42,361 nt of DNA from a virus (IMGVR_UViG_3300045988_031209:1-42361), one strand, 5' to 3'. Shown: positions 1 through 7,392, numbered from the stretch's first letter. The notes: generated by a model not told the origin, from the letters alone. Numbers and translations: made by a program.

Positions 1-55
1 TACCATTACCATTTACATTACCATTACCATTTACATTACCATTACCATTTACATT
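1..55. repeat. Terminal overlap, identical to 42307..42361 (circular-assembly overlap)
   Basis: Read directly: taccattaccatttacatt... (55 nt) occurs at both ends. The junction-spanning CDS totals 864 nt (493+371) only if one copy is removed. Confidence 0.9.
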
Positions 56-493
56 TACAGCCGGATTTGCCGCGTTTTGCTGTTTTTGCTCGTCAAAGTC
101 GGCATTTGCCGGATTTGCCGCGTTTTGCTGTTTTTGCTCGTCAAAGTCGGCATTTGCCGGATTTGCCGCGTTTTGCTGTTTTTGCTCGTCAAAGTCGGCA
201 TTTGCCGGATTTGCCGCGTTTTGCTGACGCTTGCCGTTTGTAACTTCTGCGCCTTTACGCCCTGCGGCAGCTCTCTTTTCTCGTTTTTCGTTCCATTTTT
301 TAGAATTTGATTCCACCGCCTCGGACATAAAATCCCACGCCATTTCGAGCTTCTGGTCGTCCTCAAAATTCGGCGGATCGGGGAAATCAAGCAGCGCGTC
401 AAAAATCCTGCCTTTTTGCTCCAGAGACAATTTCCGCAACGGCTTTTTCCATGATTTGTAAATGACTATGCTTTTCTGCTCTTCCTCTTTCAA
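1..493 (-). CDS. Replisome organizer / DnaD-domain replication protein, N-terminal part (continues at 42306..41936; 287 aa in total)
   Basis: TTG start at 493 follows GGAGGTG by 7 nt, with an in-frame TGA at 500-502. Translation is MKEEEQKSIVIYKSWKKPLRKLSLEQKGRIFDALLDF..., then the repeats. This is a different frame from the track ORF 55..402, which reads as Arg/Thr-rich nonsense. Confidence 0.75.
   Translation of the reverse strand, partial: MKEEEQKSIVIYKSWKKPLRKLSLEQKGRIFDALLDFPDPPNFEDDQKLEMAWDFMSEAVESNSKKWNEKREKRAAAGRKGAEVTNGKRQQNAANPANADFDEQKQQNAANPANADFDEQKQQNAANPANADFDEQKQQNAANPAVNVNGNGNVNGNGNVNGNG
3..56 (-). repeat. 18-bp tandem repeat x3 (ccattaccatttacatta), in frame, encoding (NGNGNV)3
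   Basis: Three contiguous copies lie inside the replication gene. The minus-strand reading is AAT GTA AAT GGT AAT GGT. Confidence 0.9.
61..226 (-). repeat. 48-bp perfect tandem repeat x3.46 inside the replication gene; candidate origin iterons
   Basis: Units 61-108, 109-156 and 157-204 are identical, with a partial unit at 205-226. They are in frame and encode QQNAANPANADFDEQK. Each unit contains the sub-repeat GGATTTGCCG / GGCATTTGCCG. Confidence 0.9.
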
Positions 494-672
494 CTGCTTT
501 CACCTCCTTTGCACGCCCGTATAGCCAGATAGCACAGCTTGCGAAATCAAAAGGGGAGATCTCCATTATCCGAGATTGTGGCAAAGTCGTCCATGCTCCC
601 CTGATCATACGCGGGAGATGCCTGCGGGGCGCTGTGCGCGGCATTTGCTTCCCGCACATGATTTGCCGTCTG

Positions 673-1026
673 CTACTCATAGGACGCTGCGGCAGGCTTG
701 TCTGCGGCCTTGGAGCCCGCAAAGCTCACATTGCTGGTCACGACCTCCACGGCGGTGCGGTTGCTGCCGTTCTTGTCCTGATACTGGCGGGTCTGCAAGC
801 TGCCTTCAATGGCAATCAGGTTGCCCTTCTGGAAATACTTGCGCACGAACTCGGCCTGCGCACGCCATGCCACGATGTCGATAAAGTCCGCCTGCCGCTG
901 CTCGCTCTGCCGGGCAAAGTTGCGGTCACAGGCAATGCGGAAGCTGCACACGCTGGTGCCCTGCTGGGTGGTCTTGAGTTCCGGGTCGGCCACCAATCGG
1001 CCCATGATCGCTACGACGTTAAGCAT
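673..1026 (-). CDS. ssb: Single-stranded DNA-binding protein (OB fold)
   Basis: MLNVVAIMGRLVADPELKTTQQGTSVCSFRIACDRNF...DFIDIVAWRAQAEFVRKYFQKGNLIAIEGSLQTRQYQDKNG is a classic SSB core. ATG 1026 overlaps the RecT stop (ATGCTTAA). Confidence 0.9.
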   Translation of the reverse strand: MLNVVAIMGRLVADPELKTTQQGTSVCSFRIACDRNFARQSEQRQADFIDIVAWRAQAEFVRKYFQKGNLIAIEGSLQTRQYQDKNGSNRTAVEVVTSNVSFAGSKAADKPAAASYE

Positions 1027-1714
1027 GAATGTTCGCCTCTTCCTCGGCACTGTCACCTGTGCCGGATTCATAATCAACGTTTGCGCCCATCAGAACTTCC
1101 GGGCATTCAGCACGGGCAAAGTATGCTGCAGCACGGTACTTGAGCATCATTTCGGTCATCTTGGGCCAGTAACTGCCGCTCTTGTTCCACCATCCGGCAT
1201 CCTTTGCCATTTTGACGGTGACTTTAGGACCTTCAACATTCTCGCCGGTAAGCTTATCCACGCCAATCAAGCGGCAGCCCCACGAATCGGTACCTTCCTG
1301 TCCTTCCATGCGGTAACGAGTGCGGCCTGCAAACTCACCGCTGTTGTCAATCAGAGCCTTGCAGCTTTTGCCGCTCCATGTAGGCTGACCATGCACAACG
1401 TAAAGATTTTGCATCACGAACAAGTACGACACGCCCATGCGCTGGGCCATGTCACAGGCAATGGCGCAAGCGCCAATGTTCCCAGCGTAGGTTTGAGGAA
1501 GCATCCCATCCGGCAAATTGGCCATTGCAACTGCCTTAGATTTTGCCAGCTGCCAAATGCGTTCATCTGCGGTCAGGCCCTGCACTTTTTCTGCATAGCT
1601 CTGCGGACGCTGAGCTGGTGCCGCAGCGGGGATAACGGCAGGGGGTTCTGGCGCAGAAACGGCGTTCATCTGAAGTTGCTCAACAGGTGCTTTTTTGATT
1701 TCATTTTCAGGCAT
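1019..1714 (-). CDS. recT: RecT-family single-strand annealing recombinase
   Basis: Conserved RecT-like stretch MAKDAGWWNKSGSYWPKMTEMMLKYRAAAYFAR. It sits directly upstream of ssb. Confidence 0.85.
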   Translation of the reverse strand: MPENEIKKAPVEQLQMNAVSAPEPPAVIPAAAPAQRPQSYAEKVQGLTADERIWQLAKSKAVAMANLPDGMLPQTYAGNIGACAIACDMAQRMGVSYLFVMQNLYVVHGQPTWSGKSCKALIDNSGEFAGRTRYRMEGQEGTDSWGCRLIGVDKLTGENVEGPKVTVKMAKDAGWWNKSGSYWPKMTEMMLKYRAAAYFARAECPEVLMGANVDYESGTGDSAEEEANIHA

Positions 1715-2336
1715 GGTGAATTTCCTCCTCAGTATACTTTACATCAATGATGTGCGCGTAGCGCTTAATTGCGTCCAAATCGGATTTTGTGCAATGAAAA
1801 ACAACTTTTCGGTCACGAGCTTCTTCTTTGCGGGTAAAACTGTCAAAAAAATTATCATCGTATGCATCGCGCTGTTCGCGTCCATAAGCAATCGAAGGCT
1901 TAATCAAATTGATCTCGTACGGGTTCTGCTGGGGTCCTTTGTAATCGTCTGGCAATCCCTTAATAACCGCTTCGCGCAGCAGCGTTGTGTACTCAATACT
2001 ATAACAGCGGTCAATGCTTTCAAATGGTTCTGGCATAATCTCAGCGCCACCCGCAGCGTGGATAATGTCAATATCACACATCAAATGCCCAACCTTGCGG
2101 TAAATGCAGTCGATCACCGAACGACTGCCGCCAGCGCCATCATCGTACAGTACACCGTTCTGGGCAAAGCTGGTAAAATATGCCACCGCGTGATTGATTT
2201 CGCTTGCCAACTCGTTCCCGGTGTTAATAAGTCGAAAAAGCATGTGCTGCGGGCCGATGTAGTAATAAATACCTTCGGCTTTATTAGAAAGGTCTTTGAC
2301 ACGTTCTCGCTTCGTCATGTATTTTTTATCCTGCAT
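1707..2336 (-). CDS. Hypothetical early protein (209 aa)
   Basis: ATG follows GAGGTGA by 6 nt. The end overlaps the recT start. The segment is visibly AT-richer than its neighbours. No motif recognised. Confidence 0.7.
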   Translation of the reverse strand: MQDKKYMTKRERVKDLSNKAEGIYYYIGPQHMLFRLINTGNELASEINHAVAYFTSFAQNGVLYDDGAGGSRSVIDCIYRKVGHLMCDIDIIHAAGGAEIMPEPFESIDRCYSIEYTTLLREAVIKGLPDDYKGPQQNPYEINLIKPSIAYGREQRDAYDDNFFDSFTRKEEARDRKVVFHCTKSDLDAIKRYAHIIDVKYTEEEIHHA

Positions 2337-2342
2337 AAATAT

Positions 2343-2570
2343 TCACCTCGCATACACAACGTTCATATCAGCGTCAAACACCCTGTACAGCTGTTCGGGC
2401 TTTCTCTTTGCCAGTTCATCGGCAATCGCAACTGCATCCGAAGCAACCGGAAATTGCTGTTGCGAAACAAGCGCTGGCGGCTCTTGCCCCACATCGTAAA
2501 TTCTCAAAAGTGCCACTTGTAAAACCTCCTGTTTTGTGCTATTTTTGTGGTGATGGGCGGCGAAACTCAT
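2343..2570 (-). CDS. Hypothetical protein (75 aa)
   Basis: ATG 2570 overlaps the upstream TGA (TGATG). Translation MSFAAHHHKNSTKQEVLQVALLRIYDV... Confidence 0.6.
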   Translation of the reverse strand: MSFAAHHHKNSTKQEVLQVALLRIYDVGQEPPALVSQQQFPVASDAVAIADELAKRKPEQLYRVFDADMNVVYAR

Positions 2571-2857
2571 CACTCTTTGGGCTTGTCCGTGTTGGCGCAC
2601 GGGCAGGCTCTTCTTTTTTTGTGGCGTATCGGCGGCAGACTGTCCACCTCATCACGTCGGATGCGCTCTTTCTCAAAAATGTACTTGCGAGCCCGACGCC
2701 TGCCGTTGCGGCTGTGGCTGCTCGCAGACGCAAAGCTGTTTGCACTTTTGTAACCCAGCCGCCTTGCGCACATCTCAGACGTACCGCTGGCGATCAGGTC
2801 TCCGGTCTTTGCGTCATACACGGTGTACCACATGACATGATGAACAGTGTCATACAT
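2570..2857 (-). CDS. Hypothetical protein (95 aa), basic C-terminus
   Basis: ATG 2857 overlaps the upstream stop by 8 nt. The track ORF 2570..3040 has an implausible N-terminal extension. Translation MYDTVHHVMWYTVYDAKTGDLIASGTSEM... Confidence 0.6.
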   Translation of the reverse strand: MYDTVHHVMWYTVYDAKTGDLIASGTSEMCARRLGYKSANSFASASSHSRNGRRRARKYIFEKERIRRDEVDSLPPIRHKKRRACPCANTDKPKE

Positions 2858-3059
2858 ACGTGATCTCCCCGGACTCCTCTTGCAGCATCTCCCGCACGTT
2901 GTCCATTTCTTCGGCGCACATCTCCCAGACGTTTGCCCGTGCGGAGTATCCGGCCCGGACAACAATGTCATCTGAGGCTTCGGCTTCTCGCCTGCAGCGT
3001 TCGGCAAGCCGCGTGTAAGATTTGACTTTGCCCTCAACATACTCTTTGGCCGTCATCAT
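2850..3059 (-). CDS. Hypothetical protein (69 aa)
   Basis: ATGATGA overlap with the upstream gene stop. Translation MMTAKEYVEGKVKSYTRLAERCRREAE... Confidence 0.6.
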   Translation of the reverse strand: MMTAKEYVEGKVKSYTRLAERCRREAEASDDIVVRAGYSARANVWEMCAEEMDNVREMLQEESGEITYV

Positions 3060-3340
3060 GCCCCACGCTCCTGATTCTCCGGATACTCCGGGTTGCGGGC
3101 GTGGGTGCGGCTGATCTTGCCGTACTTGCGCCGCTTTGCGGCTCTCTCCCTGTCCTCTGCTGCAAAGCCCAGACGAGCCAGCAGAACAGCGGCCAGAATC
3201 AGCACCAGCGACACCGCAAACAGTGTGCTGGAGATGTATCCGGTGGTCTGCGCGGTACCCTCTGCGCCCATAGCTGTGCCCGTTCCAACGCCGCCAAAAA
3301 TGACAGCCAGCCAGTAGTAAGTGGTAGATTTGAGTTTCAT
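3056..3340 (-). CDS. Small membrane protein (2 predicted TM helices)
   Basis: Hydrophobic segments YYWLAVIFGGVGTGTAMG and STLFAVSLVLILAAVLLARLGF. ATGA overlap with the upstream gene. Confidence 0.7.
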   Translation of the reverse strand: MKLKSTTYYWLAVIFGGVGTGTAMGAEGTAQTTGYISSTLFAVSLVLILAAVLLARLGFAAEDRERAAKRRKYGKISRTHARNPEYPENQERGA

Positions 3341-3612
3341 TCTTTCGGGTCCTCCTTTGTGTAAACCTTTTCAAGTTTGTAAAAATCCTTCATCCACGCC
3401 ATAAATCCGGCGCGTGAGATCAGCGGGGCGGCGCTCTTGGTGTCAATAGACGGCACCGCCCATGCCGGGAAGCTGCCGGCCTGAATCATACCGGTAAAGA
3501 TCGGCTCGCTCACAGAAATGTTGTTATCACGCATGATCTGGCAGCACTCTGCAATTCCCATGCTCGGTTTCACTGCCGCACCCCTCCTTTTTTCTCTCAG
3601 CTGCCGCTTCAT
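3337..3612 (-). CDS. Putative DNA-binding protein (HTH_17 / excisionase-like)
   Basis: MGIAECCQIMRDNNISVSEPIFTGMIQAGSFPAWAV resembles MerR/Xis-type helix-turn-helix. ATG 3612 follows GGAG by 9 nt. An upstream TTG at 3627 is also possible. Confidence 0.5.
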   Translation of the reverse strand: MKRQLREKRRGAAVKPSMGIAECCQIMRDNNISVSEPIFTGMIQAGSFPAWAVPSIDTKSAAPLISRAGFMAWMKDFYKLEKVYTKEDPKE

Positions 3613-3709
3613 CTGGATGTGCTCCAACCGCTCCGGCTACCTTGCATCCCAGCGCTGTTCAAGCCAGCGCTTGTTGTAGTGCTTCTTCTGTGCAGGCATG
3701 GTCAGCGCC

Positions 3710-4051
3710 TCACTTCTTAGAGCTGCCAAAGCTGCCAATGAGCCAAAGCGCGATCCACGCCTCCTTTGCGGCTCTCTCAGCTGCCTGTGCCGCTGATTCC
3801 GCGCACCACTTGCCAGCCGAGGCGGTCTTGCGGGGGTCTTGCTGGGCTGCTGCAGCTTCGTCCTCTTCCAGCAGCTTCTTCAGGTCGGCCAAGAACTGGC
3901 CACACATCTTCGCTTTTATAGCTTCCTCCGACTGGCCATACGGGCTGCAAAACGGCCCGGGCTTGAAAAACGACTTTGAACGAAAGTCCTCTTCCAAGAA
4001 CTGATACTTGCCAATCAGCTGGCAAACTTTATCGCGCATCGTGGTTTTCAT
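3710..4051 (-). CDS. Hypothetical protein (113 aa) with C-terminal hydrophobic segment
   Basis: ATG 4051 follows AAGGAGA by 7 nt. C-terminal AWIALWLIGSFGSS. Confidence 0.65.
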   Translation of the reverse strand: MKTTMRDKVCQLIGKYQFLEEDFRSKSFFKPGPFCSPYGQSEEAIKAKMCGQFLADLKKLLEEDEAAAAQQDPRKTASAGKWCAESAAQAAERAAKEAWIALWLIGSFGSSKK

Positions 4052-4067
4052 AAAGATTCTCCTTGCA

Positions 4068-4310
4068 TCAATGACGCATAACAATGTTGGACGAATGAAC
4101 CAGATAGGTCACACCGTCAATCACAACCTGAAGCTGATCGCCTTCATAGTCGCACCAGCTTTCGATATTGCCCTCGACAATCGTTCCGTCGGGCATTTTC
4201 AGCTGTGCCCAGCTGTATTCATAAGTCAAATCGATGACCTGCTTATTGCATCCGGCCATCAGCAAAGCGCTTGCCAATACGGACGCTACACCAACAATAA
4301 TTTTTTTCAT
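4068..4310 (-). CDS. Lipoprotein (80 aa)
   Basis: Signal peptide plus lipobox: MKKIIVGVASVLASALLMAG|C. RBS AAAGGAG upstream. Confidence 0.8.
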   Translation of the reverse strand: MKKIIVGVASVLASALLMAGCNKQVIDLTYEYSWAQLKMPDGTIVEGNIESWCDYEGDQLQVVIDGVTYLVHSSNIVMRH

Positions 4311-4882
4311 GCTCGTTCACTCCTTTTAACAAAATGTTTAATAAAATGTCTTCTCTTTGCTGTGCCGTCGCAGTTCTCTGCGTTTCCTAGCCTCACTCTT
4401 CTCTGCCTTTGCTAAACATCGCTTCTCAAAGCCATTGTGCTACTTGACTAAGCTGGTCCTTGCCAAGCCGTTCCATCGCAACTCTCGGCATTTCTTCTCT
4501 CTTCCATGCCAATGCATCCGAAGCAAAACCTTGCCGCAGCGAATCGTTACGGTGCACCGCTTTTCCTTCGCAAATCACATCAGCGCTTTTCTCTGCCATT
4601 CCTTTGCTCTGCCATTCCCTCGGCGCAGTACCATGCCATCGCTCCGCTACTCTTCGCTTTTCCTTTGCCTTGCCTGTCTGTGCTTCTCAGTGCCACTGCA
4701 CAGCAGTTCACCTCATAGCCTTTGCCTTTGCTGTACACTGCTCCGAACGTTTCTATGCTATTTTCGCTGTGCTTTGCCGTTGCAACGCAAATCACTGCTG
4801 CGCTACGCAAAGCCATCGCACGGCCAATCGAACTCAGCCTTGCCCTGGCAACGCAGGAGCCAGCGATGCGATGCCCTCGCTC
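4311..4882 (-). other. 570-bp non-coding region: diverged roughly 190-bp tandem triplication, pyrimidine-rich on the plus strand
   Basis: No RBS-supported ORF. Dispersed repeats include CTTTGC(C/T) at 6 or more sites, CAAAGCCAT(T/C)G at 4427 and 4808, GCCATCGC at 4473, 4635 and 4812, CGCAAATCAC at 4570 and 4786, and a 16-bp tandem unit x2 at 4592-4623. Confidence 0.6.
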
Positions 4883-5515
4883 TCAGGCTTTCACCTCATA
4901 GGCAATGTAAGTAAAGCGGCCCTTTCCGCTGTTGCGCCACTGGCCGATGCCGCGGAGCTGGCCATAATCCAGCCACTCGCGCACGGCCTTTTCGTGGCTG
5001 TCGTCAAGGAGGGTCACGTCAAACTCGCAGCTGCTGCCCGCCGGGATTTGCTCACTGTTGGCAAGGCTCACACGCTCGCCCTGCGCTGTCTGTGCGCGGA
5101 GTGGGCGCTGGCACTCGGTAATCTCGCCGTTCACATGAATGGGAATCATGCGGGGCTGAACGAAAATCAACCCATCAATGACCTTCTTGTAGGCCGTCAG
5201 CTTGCCGCTTTCGTTCACGGCCTTCTTCTTGCCGGTCTCGGTCTTGCCGCAGATGCGGGAAAGCATGCCGCAGGAGTCCTTGAAGAACCCCTTGACCTGG
5301 TAATCGTAAAAGATCGGATTGCCGTCCGGGTCACGCGGGAAAACGGTCATGCCCTTGTCAGCTACCGCATCAGGGCCAAGAGCCGCCACTTCATCCTCGA
5401 TGGTTGCAGCATCCGGGCTCTTGCTGGCGATAAACTCTCTCGCAACATTGGGGTTTGCGGGCCAGGTGCCCAGCACCGGCTCAATAAACGTAGCTTTCAC
5501 ATGCAGTTTTTTCAT
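4883..5515 (-). CDS. Hypothetical protein (210 aa)
   Basis: ATG 5515 follows GGAGG by 8 nt. Translation MKKLHVKATFIEPVLGTWPANPNV... with C-terminal glycine-rich motif RGIGQWRNSGKGRF. Confidence 0.75.
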   Translation of the reverse strand: MKKLHVKATFIEPVLGTWPANPNVAREFIASKSPDAATIEDEVAALGPDAVADKGMTVFPRDPDGNPIFYDYQVKGFFKDSCGMLSRICGKTETGKKKAVNESGKLTAYKKVIDGLIFVQPRMIPIHVNGEITECQRPLRAQTAQGERVSLANSEQIPAGSSCEFDVTLLDDSHEKAVREWLDYGQLRGIGQWRNSGKGRFTYIAYEVKA

Positions 5516-5540
5516 AATAGTAACCTCCAAAATATATTGA

Positions 5541-6344
5541 TTACGCCACCCCGTCCTGGTTGTGCTGCCGGGCGGCAAGCTCCATCTGCTCCACGCTCTG
5601 CCTGCGCTCCACGCTGGGCAGCATTCCCACGGCCTTGAGCTGCTCATAGATAAACCGCTGACCCGCTTCCGTCCATACGGTGGTGTTCTTGGTGTCCCAC
5701 TCGCCGGTGCTCTTGTGCTGGAACGGCGTGGATTTGCGGTTTTTGGTGTAGCCCTTGCCGCAATACTTGGCGTATAGCACCCACTGCCCGTCGCTGGTCT
5801 TGTACTGGATCTTCAGGCCGTGAAGGATGCTGTTGAGTTTCTCGGCGCTCAGGCCGTAATCCTTGGCAAGGGTGGTAGTGGTGCGGCAGTTCTTGCCCAC
5901 GCACACCGCCCGGGCATACTCTGCATCCGGCTTCAGGTCGTTGTTCTCTGCCAGAAGCTGGCGGTTGGCGGCCTTGAGCTGGTCGTTCTGCTTCTGGGCG
6001 ATCAGCACCGCACGGCGCATGACCGCTTCCGGGCTGTTCCACTGCGCCTCCACGGCCAAGAAATACTGCCGGGCCTGCTTGCCACGCTCGTTGCGCTGGA
6101 TCATGCACAGCTCTTTGGCCATTGGGATGGTGAGTTTGTGGTCAATCGACCTTCCGCCGTTTTCTAAATTTTTAGAAAGCGACACATAATCGATGTTTTC
6201 AGTGAATCCGTATGCAGACATATTCTTGAACCAGTCTGCATACTTGGATTTGACTTCCAAGAATTCGTGCAGCTCCCGGCCGCTCACCGTGGGGCGCTCC
6301 GGGTTATCGTAGCTAACTGGAATCAGTGTTTTCAGATCGTCCAT
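5541..6344 (-). CDS. Phage antirepressor (AntA-like N-terminal domain plus KilAC/ANT C-terminal domain)
   Basis: N-terminal VSGRELHEFLEVKSKYADWFKNMSAYGFTENIDY. C-terminal TTTLAKDYGLSAEKLNSILHGLKIQYKTSDGQWVLYAKYCGKGYT. ATG 6344 follows AGGAGGG by 7 nt. Confidence 0.85.
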   Translation of the reverse strand: MDDLKTLIPVSYDNPERPTVSGRELHEFLEVKSKYADWFKNMSAYGFTENIDYVSLSKNLENGGRSIDHKLTIPMAKELCMIQRNERGKQARQYFLAVEAQWNSPEAVMRRAVLIAQKQNDQLKAANRQLLAENNDLKPDAEYARAVCVGKNCRTTTTLAKDYGLSAEKLNSILHGLKIQYKTSDGQWVLYAKYCGKGYTKNRKSTPFQHKSTGEWDTKNTTVWTEAGQRFIYEQLKAVGMLPSVERRQSVEQMELAARQHNQDGVA

Positions 6345-6358
6345 GTCCTTCCCTCCTA

Positions 6359-6565
6359 TCACGCCACCCCGTCCTGCTGGTTCTGGCGGTCGTTCTTGCG
6401 TACCGCTGCCATGCCCATGCCCATCCAGAGCAGAGTCTGCTTGTCCCGGGGGTCCAGCGAGTCAAACAGCTCGTTGACCAAAGCGTCCGCAGCGTGGGCC
6501 CCGTCAATGGGGATGCTGTACCGCTCTGCGGCCAGATCTGTGCGGTTCTTCTTTGCCTTTGCCAT
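6359..6565 (-). CDS. Hypothetical protein (68 aa)
   Basis: ATG 6565 follows AAGGAG by 8 nt. It ends ...NQQDGVA, the same C-terminal peptide and 16 nt as the antirepressor gene. Confidence 0.65.
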   Translation of the reverse strand: MAKAKKNRTDLAAERYSIPIDGAHAADALVNELFDSLDPRDKQTLLWMGMGMAAVRKNDRQNQQDGVA

Positions 6566-6662
6566 AAAATCAACTCCTTCTGTGGTTGGCACCCGCGACC
6601 CTGCCCGGCTGGCTGCCGGGTGGTTTCGGCCCCTGCCACAGGGCCATCATCAGGCGGGTCTC

Positions 6663-6887
6663 TTAGTAACCAGGCTTTTCATCGCTCAGTGTCTCCCATG
6701 TACCGCCGGGGAGAAAGAACTCTGCGGTGTGATCTTCGAGCGCAGCCATGAAGTTTTCCCACCTCGGCCAGCGGACTTCGTAGCCGTTGACGATCATATA
6801 CGTGAAGCCCTCGCTGCGGTACTCGTTCTCCAAACGGCTCTCTTCCAGCTGAAACAGTGGAATGGACCTGTTTGCAATCTTTTTCAT
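6663..6887 (-). CDS. Hypothetical protein (74 aa)
   Basis: ATG follows GAGGAGG by 8 nt. Protein-like composition. Confidence 0.7.
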   Translation of the reverse strand: MKKIANRSIPLFQLEESRLENEYRSEGFTYMIVNGYEVRWPRWENFMAALEDHTAEFFLPGGTWETLSDEKPGY

Positions 6888-6900
6888 CGTTCAAACCTCC

Positions 6901-7095
6901 TCAGTCCTCGTTCCAGTTGCGATCTGCACCAGCAGTCACATCCTTGAGCTCAAGGATTTTATTCTTGCCAGCGTAAGAGCACCGAAAATTTCTCATTGCT
7001 TCAACAAAGCATCCTTCTTCGGTCGCTTCCCAGCTCTCGGAACAGCAAAAACGGATCTTGCCGTCCTCGCCCATATACTTGATCTGTACACGCAT
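6901..7095 (-). CDS. Hypothetical protein (64 aa), Cys-containing
   Basis: ATG follows GAGGAGGG by 7 nt. Confidence 0.7.
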   Translation of the reverse strand: MRVQIKYMGEDGKIRFCCSESWEATEEGCFVEAMRNFRCSYAGKNKILELKDVTAGADRNWNED

Positions 7096-7110
7096 CCTTG
7101 TGCCCTCCTC

Positions 7111-7362
7111 TCAAACCTGAAATGCCGGGCACACAGTGCCGCGGAAGTGGGTGAGGCGGATCGCGTGCTTCAGCTCCTTCTCGCTCATGCAAGCGGTCTG
7201 GAGCTGGCAGACGAACTTGATTGCCCACCACAGGCCCTGCACCGTCTGGCGGTCAAGCACCGCACGGCGCTCGGCGTCGGTCTGGGCGGCGTTGTACCGC
7301 TTGAGGGTGTTATTGCAATCTGCGACGAAGTTTTCCGGGATGTTAATAGAAAGTGCGTTCAT
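7111..7362 (-). CDS. First gene of the leftward early operon (83 aa); Cro-position protein of unknown fold
   Basis: ATG 7362 follows AGGAGG by 8 nt. It lies directly downstream of the consensus minus-strand promoter. Confidence 0.7.
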   Translation of the reverse strand: MNALSINIPENFVADCNNTLKRYNAAQTDAERRAVLDRQTVQGLWWAIKFVCQLQTACMSEKELKHAIRLTHFRGTVCPAFQV

Positions 7363-7392
7363 GTTTTTGTCCTCCTGTTTGCTTGTGCTTCT

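Noticed and set aside
1-55. A true 55-bp direct terminal repeat or cos end
   Set aside because: The overlap equals a common assembler k-mer. It lies inside an ORF that is only intact when the overlap is collapsed. A physical terminus at this position cannot be excluded without read-end data.
61-226. Possible CRISPR array
   Set aside because: The 48-bp units are contiguous with no spacers, identical, in frame within a coding sequence, and have no cas genes nearby.
55-402. Track ORF 55..402 (-), 115 aa, with TRQIRQMPTLTSKNSK repeats
   Set aside because: It is the wrong frame across the 48-bp repeats. The frame starting at TTG 493 has a strong SD, protein-like sequence and continuity with the DnaD-domain C-terminus across the junction.
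673-1026. SSB lacking the canonical acidic C-terminal tip (it ends ...KPAAASYE rather than D-D-D-x-P-F)
   Set aside because: The observation is real, but phage SSBs vary widely at the C-terminus. It is not distinctive enough to report as a finding.
4580-4816. 78-aa minus-strand ORF inside the non-coding repeat region
   Set aside because: It has no SD. It spans two diverged repeat units. Its composition is dominated by codons derived from the repeats. A sister copy of its start (MALRS) is truncated after 7 codons. It is more likely a decayed remnant than a gene.
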